Shown here: in pieces, positions 17,336-27,188 of the stretch
Layout of the letters: each line of letters starts with the position of its first letter
How positions within the stretch are numbered: position 1 is the first letter of the stretch
DNA from: Planctomycetota bacterium
Lineage (GTDB): Bacteria > Planctomycetota > PLA2 > JAEUHO01
Direction of reading: 5' to 3'
Length of the DNA stretch: 46,362 nt
NCBI GenBank assembly: GCA_050248855.1
Contig: JBFWRP010000034.1
Span: forward strand, 1-46,362
Notes under the pieces: model-generated
What the model was told of the DNA's origin: nothing
The model's input: only the letters and a program-made list of their open reading frames with translations
The model's database searches: none
Program-made: the position numbers and the translations under genes

Positions 17336-19840
17336 CTACCGACCGCTCGTGGCGGGGTCGGGCAGCAGGCTGGTCGTGTACTGGGTGCGCAGCGCGTCCA
17401 GGCGCGTGCGCGCCTGCTCGAGGCGAGCCTCGAGCGCGGGGTCGGACGTGGTGTCGCCGAAGCGGTCCACCAGGATCCGCAGGTAAAGCGCCGCCATCGG
17501 CTCGTAGCCGTCGACGCCCTGGAGCATCGTGGCGAGGCGTTCGAGCCGGGCGACCTCGGCGCCCGCCGCGCGCGCAACCTGCGCCGCCCGGGCCTCGGCG
17601 AGGGCGACGACGAGCTCGTGCGCTCGCGTCACGACGGGGCCGCTGCCTACAGGCGGCGCGTCCTGGCCTTCCAGGCCGAGCAGCCGCGCGGCGTCGCCCA
17701 CCTTGGCGGTGGCCGTCTGCAGCGTGTCGGCCGAGCCGAAGATCTCGTGGGCGCGGAGCGCCGCCGCGGCCTCGTCGACCTGGTCCGCCAGCTGCCGCTC
17801 GCGGCTGGCGGCCAGACGCAGGGCCTCCTCGCGCACGCCCTCGTTGAACGGGAACTCCTGCGCGATGCCGCGCAGGTCCGCGATGGCCGCGACCGGCTGC
17901 TCGGACAGCCGCAACCGTGCCGCGGAAAGGCGCTGCTCCGCGATGCGCCGGCTGGGCCCGTAGTCCGTGACCGTGTGGAACGAGGCGGTTGCGCCCTCGC
18001 CGAACATCCACATCTCGAGCAGCGAGGCGTCGAGCGCGTCGGCCAGCTCGACCCGCGCGATGGCGGCCTGCTCCCCGGCGGGCGACCACGTCACGAGGCC
18101 CGCGCCACCGTCCTCCGCGCTCCCGCTGAGGACCTTGCGCGCACCGTCGACCGCGGAGCCCGCGCGGGCCGAGATGGTCTGCGGGCCCCGCTCGGTCAGC
18201 AGGCGCACGCCGTCGCCCAGATGGTCGCGCGGCAGCTCGACGGCCAAGCCCGCCGTGGCGCCGTCTACCGTGACGGTGGCTTGGAGACCGTCCTCGCCGC
18301 CGGCACTCCAGCGGATGGTGGTGGCGACGCCTGCGTCCTCCGCGCCCGGCGCCCGCAGGCGCCCCGTGGCCACGACGGCGCCGCCCTCCGCGGCGACGCC
18401 CTCCACCACGAAGCGCGACAGCAGCGTGCCGTCGGCCTGGCGCGCAATCGGTCGCGCGCCGACGAACCGCTGGGCAAGGCCTTCCACGAGGTCGAGGCTG
18501 CCGTCCGTCGGGGTTACCCAGGCCTCGACGGTGCCAGGCACGTCCTTCACGCGGACCAGCTGGCTGCCTTCGCCCGCGGTGCTCTCCTCCAAGCGGATCG
18601 ACTCGAGCGTGAGGCGGCCCTCGGGACCGACGCGTACGGCAAGGGAGAGGTTCTCCGCCCACGACGGCTTCACGAGCGTCGCGCTCGCGCGGCCGCCCTC
18701 GACGACCAGGGGGATGGCACGCGCGATGGCGGCGACGCGGCTGCCCGCCCCCACCGCGTTCGACCACACGGCCAGGAGGTCGGCGGGGCCGCTGGACCGC
18801 ACCTTCGCCTCGAGCTTGTAGGGACGCGACGCCAAGCCGGCGAAGCGCTCGGCGTAGGTGGCCCGGGCCGTGTCGGCAGCATCCGCGGCGCCGTCGCCCT
18901 CGTAACGCACGACCAGCGGCTTGCCGCCGCCCCCGCTCACGCGGATCGGGGCGCCCTCGACGGCCGAAGCCCAGGCTGGAGACTCATCCTGGAAGGTGCC
19001 GTCGGCGATCAGGTTGCTGTCGGCGGCGCTCCCGACCTGCTCCCCCTGCTGCTCGCCCTGGACGAAGAACCACGCACCGGCCGCCGCCGCGCCCAACAGG
19101 ACGAGGCCGACCAGCAGGCCGGCGTAGCCGCCCTTGGCACGGCTCAGGTCGACGTCGCCGAGCATGCCCCAGCCGTCGTCGTCGTCGAACTGGGCCAGCT
19201 CCACCTCGATGTCCTTCATCGAGGGGTCCTTGAAGACGAAGCGCGAGTTGCCGATGCGGACGCGCGAGCCGTGGCTGAGCGCCACTTCGCTGGCGGGCTC
19301 GCCGTTGACCAGGGTGCCGTTGGTGCTGCCCATGTCGCGCAGCGTGTAGCCGTTCAGGTCCTTGACGATCTCGGCGTGGTGGCCGGAGGCCATGCGGTCG
19401 TCCAGCACGATGGTGCTGGACTCGCGGCGGCCCAAGGTGGTGCGCGGCCCGCGCAGCCAGACCTTCTCGCCCTTCCGCTCCTTGCTGACCCACTCCAGGT
19501 AGCACACGCCCTGGCTGCCCGCGTCGCGGAGCATGCGCTCCTCGTTCTCGTCCTCGAAGCGGATCTGGGCCGCGCCGATCTCGATCACGTCCCCGTGGCT
19601 CAGGACCTTGCGCTCGACGACCTTGCCGCCGACGCGGGTCTTGTTGGTGCTCCCGAGGTCCGTGACCTCGTAGCGGGTGACGCCGGCGCTGTTGACGCCG
19701 AGGATCTGGCAGTGCCTGCGCGAGGCCTTGCTCTCGTCGGGGAGCGGGATCTCGTTCGCTGCGTCGCGGCCGATCTTGACGGACTGACCGGCGGCGAGTT
19801 CGACGACCTGCTGGCCGTCGTTCACGATGAGTCGTGCCAT
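17336..19840 (-). CDS. tandem FHA-domain membrane protein with large periplasmic region (834 aa)
   Basis: FHA1 IGR...SRRH...DLGSTN; FHA2 LGR...SGHH...DMGSTNGT.VNG; TM GGYAGLLVGLVLLGAAAAGAWFF; NLIADGTF start of a CBM-like sandwich. Confidence 0.85.
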   Translation of the reverse strand: MARLIVNDGQQVVELAAGQSVKIGRDAANEIPLPDESKASRRHCQILGVNSAGVTRYEVTDLGSTNKTRVGGKVVERKVLSHGDVIEIGAAQIRFEDENEERMLRDAGSQGVCYLEWVSKERKGEKVWLRGPRTTLGRRESSTIVLDDRMASGHHAEIVKDLNGYTLRDMGSTNGTLVNGEPASEVALSHGSRVRIGNSRFVFKDPSMKDIEVELAQFDDDDGWGMLGDVDLSRAKGGYAGLLVGLVLLGAAAAGAWFFVQGEQQGEQVGSAADSNLIADGTFQDESPAWASAVEGAPIRVSGGGGKPLVVRYEGDGAADAADTARATYAERFAGLASRPYKLEAKVRSSGPADLLAVWSNAVGAGSRVAAIARAIPLVVEGGRASATLVKPSWAENLSLAVRVGPEGRLTLESIRLEESTAGEGSQLVRVKDVPGTVEAWVTPTDGSLDLVEGLAQRFVGARPIARQADGTLLSRFVVEGVAAEGGAVVATGRLRAPGAEDAGVATTIRWSAGGEDGLQATVTVDGATAGLAVELPRDHLGDGVRLLTERGPQTISARAGSAVDGARKVLSGSAEDGGAGLVTWSPAGEQAAIARVELADALDASLLEMWMFGEGATASFHTVTDYGPSRRIAEQRLSAARLRLSEQPVAAIADLRGIAQEFPFNEGVREEALRLAASRERQLADQVDEAAAALRAHEIFGSADTLQTATAKVGDAARLLGLEGQDAPPVGSGPVVTRAHELVVALAEARAAQVARAAGAEVARLERLATMLQGVDGYEPMAALYLRILVDRFGDTTSDPALEARLEQARTRLDALRTQYTTSLLPDPATSGR

Positions 19841-19997
19841 CGGGGACGAATCTCCCTCGGAAGTACGGAGGAAAGGGACCGCGGAGGAGCTGGTGCAGGA
19901 GAGCCCGGGATCCCGTCGCGGCGGTGGACGAGCAGGGGCCCAAGGAGACGAGGCCGTCCTGCGGCCCTGGACCGCGCGACCGCCCGGCACTCCCGGT

Positions 19998-20013
19998 TGC
20001 AAGCCCTGTTCCA
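19998..20013 (-). promoter_or_regulatory. sigma54 -24/-12 promoter of the FHA-pilMNO-pilin operon
   Basis: Minus strand TGGAACAGGGCTTGCA: GG-N10-GC with TTGCA, about 160 nt upstream of ATG 19840 and just downstream of a sigma54 activator gene. Confidence 0.7.
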
Positions 20014-20144
20014 CCGCCGCGGCGCAGACCCTCCCTGGCCGTCGCCTCCGGCGCGCGCACCTTACGCACGGACGGGGCGCGGGGGAAGGCCTGCAGGGCG
20101 CCGGAAGGCTTCACGGTCGGACGCAGGCTGCCTTGGCTGCTGGC

Positions 20145-20184
20145 GGTAACTGGATTGCCTCCGAGGTTACCACCGAGGTGGCAA
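20145..20184. promoter_or_regulatory. candidate upstream activator (enhancer) sites
   Basis: Palindrome TTACCACC-GA-GGTGGCAA (20167-20184) plus extra TT(G/A)CC half-sites at 20145-49 and 20155-59, 130-170 bp upstream of the -24 box. Confidence 0.45.
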
Positions 20185-20315
20185 GGGAGGGTGTCGGGAG
20201 GTGACCGGGCCTCCGACAGCTCCCCCTCGACAGGCTCGGGGCCCGCGGCTTCGGCGGGCTCCATCGAGAGGCCCTGCGACACGCTCGGGGCCACCTGCGG
20301 CGTGCACCTGGCGGT

Positions 20316-22313
20316 TCACGCCTCCGGTGGCTGCTCCACGTCCATGCCGTAGCGCTCGAGCTTCTTGCGCAGGCCCAACCGGCTCAAGCACAGCTCGGCC
20401 GCGGCGCGGCTCTTGTTCCAGCCGTGGCGCAGCAGCGTGGCGCGGAGCACCCGGCGCTCCAGGTCCTCGACGAGGGCCTTGAGCCCGCCGGGCGTGGGGC
20501 CGTCGAGCGCGGGCGGGCGGTAGTCGAGCACGCGCTGGCTCAGGTGCTCGGGCAGGACGGTGCCCCCGACCTGCAACGCGACGAGGCGCTGGACCTCGTT
20601 GCGCAGCTCCCGGACGTTGCCGGGCCATTCGTACGCCGTCAGCAGCTCCAAGGCGGCGGGGTCCATGCGCGGGGCACGCCCTTCCGCACCGACCGCCTCC
20701 TGGAGGAAGTGGGCGACGAGGGGCGGGATGTCCTCCTTGCGCTCGCGCAGCGAGGGCAGCTCGATGACGAGGCCGGCCAAGCGGTAGTAGAGGTCTTCGC
20801 GGAACGCGCCCGAGCGGATGCGGTCCTGCAGGACGCGGTTGGTGGCGCTGACCAGCCGCACGTCGACGGGACGCACCTTCTTGCTGCCCAGCCGGCGGAC
20901 TTCCCGCTCTTCGAGGACCCGCAGGAGCTTGCCCTGGATCTCGAGCGGCATCTCGCCCACTTCGTCGAGGAACAGCGTGCCGGCGTCGGCCTGCTCGAAC
21001 AGCCCGGCGTGATCACGGTTGGCGCCGGTGAAGGCGCCCCGCATGTACCCGAAGAACTCGCTCTCCATGAGCGTCGGGGGAATGGCCGCGCACGACTCGC
21101 TGACGAGCCGCGCCCGGCGCCGCGGGCCGTTGAAATGGATGGCGCGCGCGATCAGCTCCTTGCCGGTACCGGACTCCCCCTGGATGAGGACGGGGATGTC
21201 CAGGTCCGTGACGCGGTCGACGAGCCGCAACACCGCCCGCATGGCCGGCGAACGCCCCACGATCTGCTCGTAGCTGTAGCGCAGACCCAGCTCGTCGGTC
21301 TGCTTGGCCAGGTCTTCGCGGGCGCGGCGCAGCGCATTCGTACGGATGCGCAGGGCCTTGCGCAGGCGGTCGTTGAGGCGCTCGATGCGGCGTGCCTGGC
21401 GCACGGCCTCGCGCCGCCGCTGACCCATCTCGCGTCGCTGGCGGGCGTTCTGCAGGGCGATGCCGGCGAGGCCCGCGAACCCCTCCAGCACGCGCACGTC
21501 CCACCCGTCGAACGTGCCGTGTTCGTAGCGGTTGTCGAGGTAGATGGCGCCGATGATCCCCTGCGAGGTCTTGAGCGGCACGCACACGAGCGAACGCAGC
21601 TCCAACGCCGCGACACTGGCGGTGCCCTCGAAGCGGGCGTCCATGCGCGCGTCCTCCGACAGCACGCTCTTCCCCTCGCGCACGACCGACGCGGCCACGC
21701 TCACGGAGAACGAGCCCTCGGGGTCGGCCAGGTCGCGCTGCTGCGGCAACCTCGCGCGACGCACGACGAAGTGGTCGCCGGCTTCCAGGAGCAGCAGGCC
21801 GCGGCCGGCGCGCGTGAGCTCGATCGCGGCATCGAGCACGCCGTCGAGCAACGTGTCCTCGTCTTCGAGCGCGTTGATCTTCTCGTTGAGCTCGATCAGG
21901 TGGCGCAGGGCGCGGATCTCGCGTTGACGTTCGTGATGGGCGTCGCGGCCCCGCGTCTCGCGCGGCGTGGCACGCGTGGTCATGGCGTCGAGGTCGGGCA
22001 CGAGGGCCTCGATGCCGTCGCCCGTGATCACGGCGGACATGCGCGTCTCGCCGATCTCCACGCGATCGCCCGAAGCGAGCAGCTCGTCGAGGATCGCGCG
22101 GCCGTTGAGGAAGGTGCCGTTGCGACTGCCCAGGTCCGTGATGCGCCAGCCGTCCGCGCCCTTGTAGATGCGGCAGTGGTGGCGGCTCAGCGTGCGGTCG
22201 GTGACCGGTACGGCGATCGCCGGGTCGCGACCGACCAGCACCTCTTCCTGGGTGATGTCGTAGACGCGTTCCTGGCCTTGCGGACCGCGGACGAAGAGCC
22301 GAAGCTCGGACAT
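20316..22313 (-). CDS. sigma54-dependent enhancer-binding protein, FHA-GAF-AAA+-Fis HTH
   Basis: FHA (VGRD..SRHH..DLGSRNGT), GAF (RSLVCVPL..IIGAIYLDN), GESGTGKE, GAFTGA, GTLFLDEVGEM, FREDLYYRL, WPGNVRELRN, NKSRAAAEL. Confidence 0.95.
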   Translation of the reverse strand: MSELRLFVRGPQGQERVYDITQEEVLVGRDPAIAVPVTDRTLSRHHCRIYKGADGWRITDLGSRNGTFLNGRAILDELLASGDRVEIGETRMSAVITGDGIEALVPDLDAMTTRATPRETRGRDAHHERQREIRALRHLIELNEKINALEDEDTLLDGVLDAAIELTRAGRGLLLLEAGDHFVVRRARLPQQRDLADPEGSFSVSVAASVVREGKSVLSEDARMDARFEGTASVAALELRSLVCVPLKTSQGIIGAIYLDNRYEHGTFDGWDVRVLEGFAGLAGIALQNARQRREMGQRRREAVRQARRIERLNDRLRKALRIRTNALRRAREDLAKQTDELGLRYSYEQIVGRSPAMRAVLRLVDRVTDLDIPVLIQGESGTGKELIARAIHFNGPRRRARLVSESCAAIPPTLMESEFFGYMRGAFTGANRDHAGLFEQADAGTLFLDEVGEMPLEIQGKLLRVLEEREVRRLGSKKVRPVDVRLVSATNRVLQDRIRSGAFREDLYYRLAGLVIELPSLRERKEDIPPLVAHFLQEAVGAEGRAPRMDPAALELLTAYEWPGNVRELRNEVQRLVALQVGGTVLPEHLSQRVLDYRPPALDGPTPGGLKALVEDLERRVLRATLLRHGWNKSRAAAELCLSRLGLRKKLERYGMDVEQPPEA

Positions 22314-22343
22314 GACGAGGACTCCGTGAACCCGCCGGGCTGT

Positions 22344-22359
22344 TGCCAAAAGCATGCCA
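22344..22359 (-). promoter_or_regulatory. possible sigma54 promoter or autoregulatory site of the EBP gene
   Basis: Minus strand TGGCATGCTTTTGGCA (GG-N10-GC, imperfect -12), 30 nt before ATG; three TGGCA copies in 22344-22377. Confidence 0.4.
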
Positions 22360-22393
22360 GAGCGAGCCGTATTGCCAGCGAGACGGTTCGTGG

Positions 22394-23164
22394 TCAGGAC
22401 GCCCCGTCGCCGCCCCCGCGACCGGGGCCAGCGGCCAGGACGACGGCGGCCGCCGCCGCGGCGGCGGTCGCGGTCCGCAGCGCGGCCCCCCCGAGCGAGG
22501 CCACCCCCAGCCCCGCGGCATGGGCGGCCTCGCGCTCCTCCGGCGCGAACCCGCCCTCGGGGCCGACCCAGAGCACGAGCGGGCCGGAAGGCGCCGCGAC
22601 CGCACAGGCGGCGAGCGGCGGCAGCCCCGGAGCCGTGTCGAGCAGCCAGCCCCGGCCGGCCAGGGCCTCCTCGAAGCGCACCGGCCCGGGGTGCACCTCG
22701 AGCGCCTGCGCCAGCCCGTTCACCTTCAGCGCCTCGCGGGCGGCGCGCGCGAAGCGCGGCAAACGCCGGCGGAGCAAGTCGTCTCGACCCGGCGGAGTGC
22801 GACGGCAGGCCAGCGACACGAAGCGGCGCACGCCGAGCTCGGCCAGCGTGGCCACCAGGTCGTCCGCGCGCGAGGGCTCGGGCAGCGATGCACGCACCTC
22901 CAGCTCACGCGCGGGCCGCCGGGCGGGATACGGTCCCAGCACCTGGACGCGGGCGGCGCGGGGGTCGGCCACCGCCAAGCGCCCGCGGCCAAGGCCCCCG
23001 CGTCCGTCGAACAAGACGACGTCCTCGCCCACGCGGACACGACGCACGCGCACGAGGTGCGCGGACTCCTCGCGGTCGAGCTCGACCACCCCCCCATCCG
23101 CAGGGAGGCTCTCGCACCACGCCCGCTCGGGGCCGGCGCCGGCGGCGTCCCCGGCCGTGCTCAC
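22394..23164 (-). CDS. rsmE: 16S rRNA m3U1498 methyltransferase RsmE
   Basis: HLVRVRR...GEDVVLFDG.G, ELGV, VGPEGGF...E, SLGGAALRTATAA; GTGA overlap with upstream stop. Confidence 0.9.
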   Translation of the reverse strand: MSTAGDAAGAGPERAWCESLPADGGVVELDREESAHLVRVRRVRVGEDVVLFDGRGGLGRGRLAVADPRAARVQVLGPYPARRPARELEVRASLPEPSRADDLVATLAELGVRRFVSLACRRTPPGRDDLLRRRLPRFARAAREALKVNGLAQALEVHPGPVRFEEALAGRGWLLDTAPGLPPLAACAVAAPSGPLVLWVGPEGGFAPEEREAAHAAGLGVASLGGAALRTATAAAAAAAVVLAAGPGRGGGDGAS

Positions 23165-26100
23165 TCGTCGTCCTGCTGCGTGAGGTCGCCAAGGTACGTG
23201 CGGGCCATCTCGATCTTCGTCCCCTCCTCGACGCCAAGGCGGGCATTGAGCTCGAGGTAGCGGGAGAACGCCACGCGCGCGGCGTGACGCAGGCTCTCGT
23301 CCGCGTCGCGGCGGTAGCGGAAGCGGTGCAGCAGGCCCCGGTAGAGCCAGCGGTCGAGCAGCTCCGAGGACGGGTCCAGACGGTCGAGGACGCCGAGCGC
23401 GTACCAGGCCTCGTCCAGCCAAGCGTCTTCCTGCTCGCGCTCGGTGGCATCGCCCGCGCCGCCGCCGGGTCGGCGCAGCAGCTCGTACGCCGTCTGCAGG
23501 ACGCCGAACCAAGCGGGGCCGTAGCTGGCGACGAGCGAGCCGGCTTGGCGGTAGGCGCGGAGCGCGTCGAGCATGCGGCCTTCGCGCTGGTGCTCGCGAC
23601 CGGCCAGGTAGGCGGCTTGGGCGTCCTGCATGCGCTTGCGCCGCTCATCGGGGCTGCTGTTGCGGATCGCCTCCAACCGCTGCCGCGACTCGACCGTCTC
23701 GGGGGCCTCGGGCTGCAGGGCGATCGCCTCCTCCAGCGCGCGCGCCGCTTCGTCGAGCCAATGCTGACGGCGTTGCCTGGCGCGCTCGGGGTCGGCCCCC
23801 TCGGCCGGCTTGGCGCTGGCCAGGAGCGTCGCGATCAAGGCACGCTCGCGTTGGATCTTCGCGAGGACGGGAAACACGGCCGTGTCGAACGGCGCCAGCT
23901 CGCGCGCACGCCGTGCGCGGGCCAAGGCATCCTCCAGTCGCTTGGCCTTGTCGCGTCCCCCGACGGCAGCCAGCAGCAGCTCGGCCTCCAGACGCCAGGG
24001 CCCCGGGTGGCTCGGGTCCAAGGCGCGCGCCTTGGCCAGGGCCTCGGCTGCGGGCTGGGCTTGGCCGCCATCCATGGCGTAGCGCGCGATCGACAAGTGC
24101 AGCTCGACGAGGAGACGTCGGGCGGGACCGCGGGGAACCAGCTCGAAGCGCCGCGCCTCTTCGGCGTAGCGCACGGCCTTGGGGAAGTCGCGGGCCAGCG
24201 CCGCCAGCTGCGACGCGTCGAGCAACGTACGCACGTCGCGCGGGTCCAGACGCAGTGCCTCGCGCAGGTTGCGGTCCGAGGCGCTGATGAGGTCGGCATC
24301 CGCCGAGGCCGTGTAGTGCTCGAGGTAGACCATGCCGAAGCCGCGGTGCACGGCGGGCGCGTCGGGGTGCGCGCGCTCGAGCCGATTCAGCCGGCCGAGG
24401 GCATCGACCCACCTGCGCTGGTGCATTTCCGCTTCCACGGCGACGAGGCCCGCGGTGAGGTCGGTGGGATGGGCATCGGCAAACGCCACGGCCTCCCGCG
24501 CCACCTCGGCCACGCGCGCCGACGCCGCTTCGATGCCGGCCGTGTCGTCCGCGAGCACCCGGGCCGTGCGCTGTCGCGCCAGCGCGATGCGCAGCGCGAT
24601 CTCCACGAGGCGCGTGGGGGGCAGCAGGTCGTCGGCGCGCCGATCGGCCAGCAGGGTGTAGTCGCGGCGTGCGCCGTCGAGATCGCCGCTGCGCTCCGCC
24701 ACCATGGCGCGCACGAGCAGCGCGACGTCGCGGACCGGGGCGTGGACCTCGTCTTCGGGAAGGGCGACGAGAACCCGTCCGACGAGCTCACGGGCCTCCG
24801 GCTCGCGCCCGAGCGCCAGCAAGAGCGCGGCGCGCAGCACGTCGCCGGCGGGTTCGCGGAGATCGACGGAGCCCAGGGCGCGCGCCGTGACCAGCTCGCG
24901 CAGCCACGCCAGCTCGCGGGCCAGGGGCGCGAACCCCAGGTCGATGCCCGACGAGGCGGCGTCGATCCCTTCGGCGACCAGCGACTCGGCCGCCGCCTCG
25001 TCGACGTCGTTGCGGCGCGTCTCGAGGATCCACGCGGCTTCGAGGAAGGCCGTCCGGGCGATCTGGTCCTTGACCCACGACGCGGCCGGATGCTTGTCCA
25101 GCGCCTTGCGGTAGCGGGCACGAGCCTCGGCGTGGCGGCGCCTGGCCACGTGCACGTCGCCCGCGAAGACGTCGGCTTGCCAGTGGCGGGGATCGGCCTC
25201 GAGGGCCAAGTCGAAGGCGCGTAGCGCATCCTCCAGCCGGCCCTGACGCTGCTTCACGTCCTCGTCTGCCGCGTCGAGCAGGCGCCGGCCCAGCGCGACG
25301 TGGATCTCGGCCTCGAGGCGGGCGGCGGCTTCCCGCGCCTCGGCGCCGCGCTCCCCCCCCACCGCGTTCTCGCGCAGGTCGCGCAGGATCTCCTGCGCAC
25401 GGACCACGTCCTGACGACCCACGAGCTCCAAGCGCGCCCGCGCATGCAGCAAGCGCGGGTCCCTGGCGTGGCGTCGCCCGGCGGCATCGAGCGCAGCAGC
25501 CGCGGCATCGACGTCGCCGCGGTCCGAGCGGAGGGCAGCGAGCGCGAGCCACGACCCGAGGTCGGAGGGGTCCAGCTCGGTCGAGCGCTCCAGGTGCTTG
25601 AGCCCCTCGTCGCGATCGTCCTCGCTGCGCGCCTCGGCCAGGAGCCGACCCAGGTCGCGGTGGGCCGGCGCCGAGGCGTCATCCAAGACGACTGCCCGGC
25701 GCAGGGCGTCCAGCGCGCCGATGGTGTCCGGCACGTCCAGCAGGACCCGTGCGCGCAGGCGCCACGCCTCCGCCCGCGGCGCCCGGACGTCGCCGCGCGG
25801 CCAGCGCGGGTCGTCCTGGGCCGCTTCGGCGAGATCCTGGGCGGCCTGCACGGCATCGAGTCGGATCGCCAGGGGGACCTTCGCGTCGATCGCATCCGCG
25901 CGGAGCAGGGCGGCCTGCACGCGTCGCACGGGGACCAGCGCATCGCCCTGCAGGGCCTCGCCCAGCTGACGCGCGACGGCCTGCTCCTTGCCCATCGCCT
26001 GGAGCGCACGGGCATGCTGCAGCAGGGCGTACCCGCCGACGCCGTCGTCGGCGGTGGTGACCGCGAAGGCCTCGGCGCCACCTCGCCAGCGCGGGATGGC

Positions 26101-27102
26101 GCCGGTCACGAGCACCGTGCCCACGACGGCCAAGAGCGCACCCACGAGCGAGGCGCCGGCGACGCGCGGGACGCGTCGCAGGACCAGCTCGTGCGCGAGG
26201 ACGGGTACGACGGCGACCGCGCCGATCGCCCAGGGCACGAGCACGGCGCCACGCGCAGACGGTTCGCCGAACCACGGCCACGGAAGCGCGGCGACAAGCG
26301 CTGCGAGACACCACGGCCCCCAGGTCGCGCGCGTGCTCGGGACGACGAAGGCCAGGCCGGTCGCGGCCACCGAGACCGCGGCGCCCGCCGAGGCGAGCGG
26401 GCCCCAGGTGTCCCCGACACGCGCGGAGAAGAGGGCGAACACCGACGGGATGTGCGACCAGGCCACGGACGCCGAGCGCGTGGCCGGGAAGAGCACGTAG
26501 GTCGCCGCGCCGAGCGCCAGCGCGAGGAGCGCCACGATGCGCGCGCGGGCGCCGAGCGAGGCGACGGCGAGGGGAAGGGCCAGCACGGCCACGGGCTTCC
26601 AGAGCAGCAGGGCGATCACGAACAGGAGAAGCGCGGCGACACGGCCCGCGAGCAGACCCCAGGCGGCAAGCGCGAGGGACGTGGCCAAGACCGGCGCGTC
26701 GCCGTAGGGGCCTGCCAGATGCGAGACGAAGAGGGGCAGCACGCCCAGACCGACGGCCAGGAGGGCGCCTGCGCCGGCGGTGAAGGTGCGGCGGAAGACC
26801 CGCGCGGCGACGGCGACCAGCAGGCCATGCACGAGCAGCCGGCGCAGCAGCAGGAGACCCGGCGCGAGGGCGGCGTCGAAGCGCGCCACGAGCTCGCCCA
26901 GCGGTCCGAGCGTAGCGTCGCCCATGCCGTGCACGGGAGAGGGCGCGGAGCCGCTCCACGCGCCGCCCGCCACGACCCCGGCCTGCACGGCCATGGCGGC
27001 CAGCGCCGCCCCTACGGCGAAGCTCCGCGGTGCCGCCGCGGCGGTCCGGCTCTCGCGATCTCCTGCCATCGCGACCTGCATACCGCCGCCGCTGTCATTC
27101 AC
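23161..27102 (-). CDS. multi-TM (TMTC/GT-C-like) protein with long C-terminal TPR array (about 1313 aa)
   Basis: About 330-aa hydrophobic N-terminus, then many TPRs (LERSTELDPSDLGSWLALA; LREALRLDPRDVRTLL); start uncertain. Confidence 0.75.
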   Translation of the reverse strand: MNDSGGGMQVAMAGDRESRTAAAAPRSFAVGAALAAMAVQAGVVAGGAWSGSAPSPVHGMGDATLGPLGELVARFDAALAPGLLLLRRLLVHGLLVAVAARVFRRTFTAGAGALLAVGLGVLPLFVSHLAGPYGDAPVLATSLALAAWGLLAGRVAALLLFVIALLLWKPVAVLALPLAVASLGARARIVALLALALGAATYVLFPATRSASVAWSHIPSVFALFSARVGDTWGPLASAGAAVSVAATGLAFVVPSTRATWGPWCLAALVAALPWPWFGEPSARGAVLVPWAIGAVAVVPVLAHELVLRRVPRVAGASLVGALLAVVGTVLVTGAIPRWRGGAEAFAVTTADDGVGGYALLQHARALQAMGKEQAVARQLGEALQGDALVPVRRVQAALLRADAIDAKVPLAIRLDAVQAAQDLAEAAQDDPRWPRGDVRAPRAEAWRLRARVLLDVPDTIGALDALRRAVVLDDASAPAHRDLGRLLAEARSEDDRDEGLKHLERSTELDPSDLGSWLALAALRSDRGDVDAAAAALDAAGRRHARDPRLLHARARLELVGRQDVVRAQEILRDLRENAVGGERGAEAREAAARLEAEIHVALGRRLLDAADEDVKQRQGRLEDALRAFDLALEADPRHWQADVFAGDVHVARRRHAEARARYRKALDKHPAASWVKDQIARTAFLEAAWILETRRNDVDEAAAESLVAEGIDAASSGIDLGFAPLARELAWLRELVTARALGSVDLREPAGDVLRAALLLALGREPEARELVGRVLVALPEDEVHAPVRDVALLVRAMVAERSGDLDGARRDYTLLADRRADDLLPPTRLVEIALRIALARQRTARVLADDTAGIEAASARVAEVAREAVAFADAHPTDLTAGLVAVEAEMHQRRWVDALGRLNRLERAHPDAPAVHRGFGMVYLEHYTASADADLISASDRNLREALRLDPRDVRTLLDASQLAALARDFPKAVRYAEEARRFELVPRGPARRLLVELHLSIARYAMDGGQAQPAAEALAKARALDPSHPGPWRLEAELLLAAVGGRDKAKRLEDALARARRARELAPFDTAVFPVLAKIQRERALIATLLASAKPAEGADPERARQRRQHWLDEAARALEEAIALQPEAPETVESRQRLEAIRNSSPDERRKRMQDAQAAYLAGREHQREGRMLDALRAYRQAGSLVASYGPAWFGVLQTAYELLRRPGGGAGDATEREQEDAWLDEAWYALGVLDRLDPSSELLDRWLYRGLLHRFRYRRDADESLRHAARVAFSRYLELNARLGVEEGTKIEMARTYLGDLTQQDDE

Positions 27103-27188
27103 CCGTCACCTGCGGGACTGCTGGCACGATCCGCCGCGCGCGGTCCCGTGCCGACGACGGACGTCAACCAGCGCCGACACGTCGGCCC

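Noticed and set aside
19985..20001. Plus-strand CGGCACTCCCGGTTGCA sigma54-like site
   Set aside because: GG-to-GC spacing is 11 rather than 10 and it faces away from the operon; the overlapping minus-strand site fits properly.
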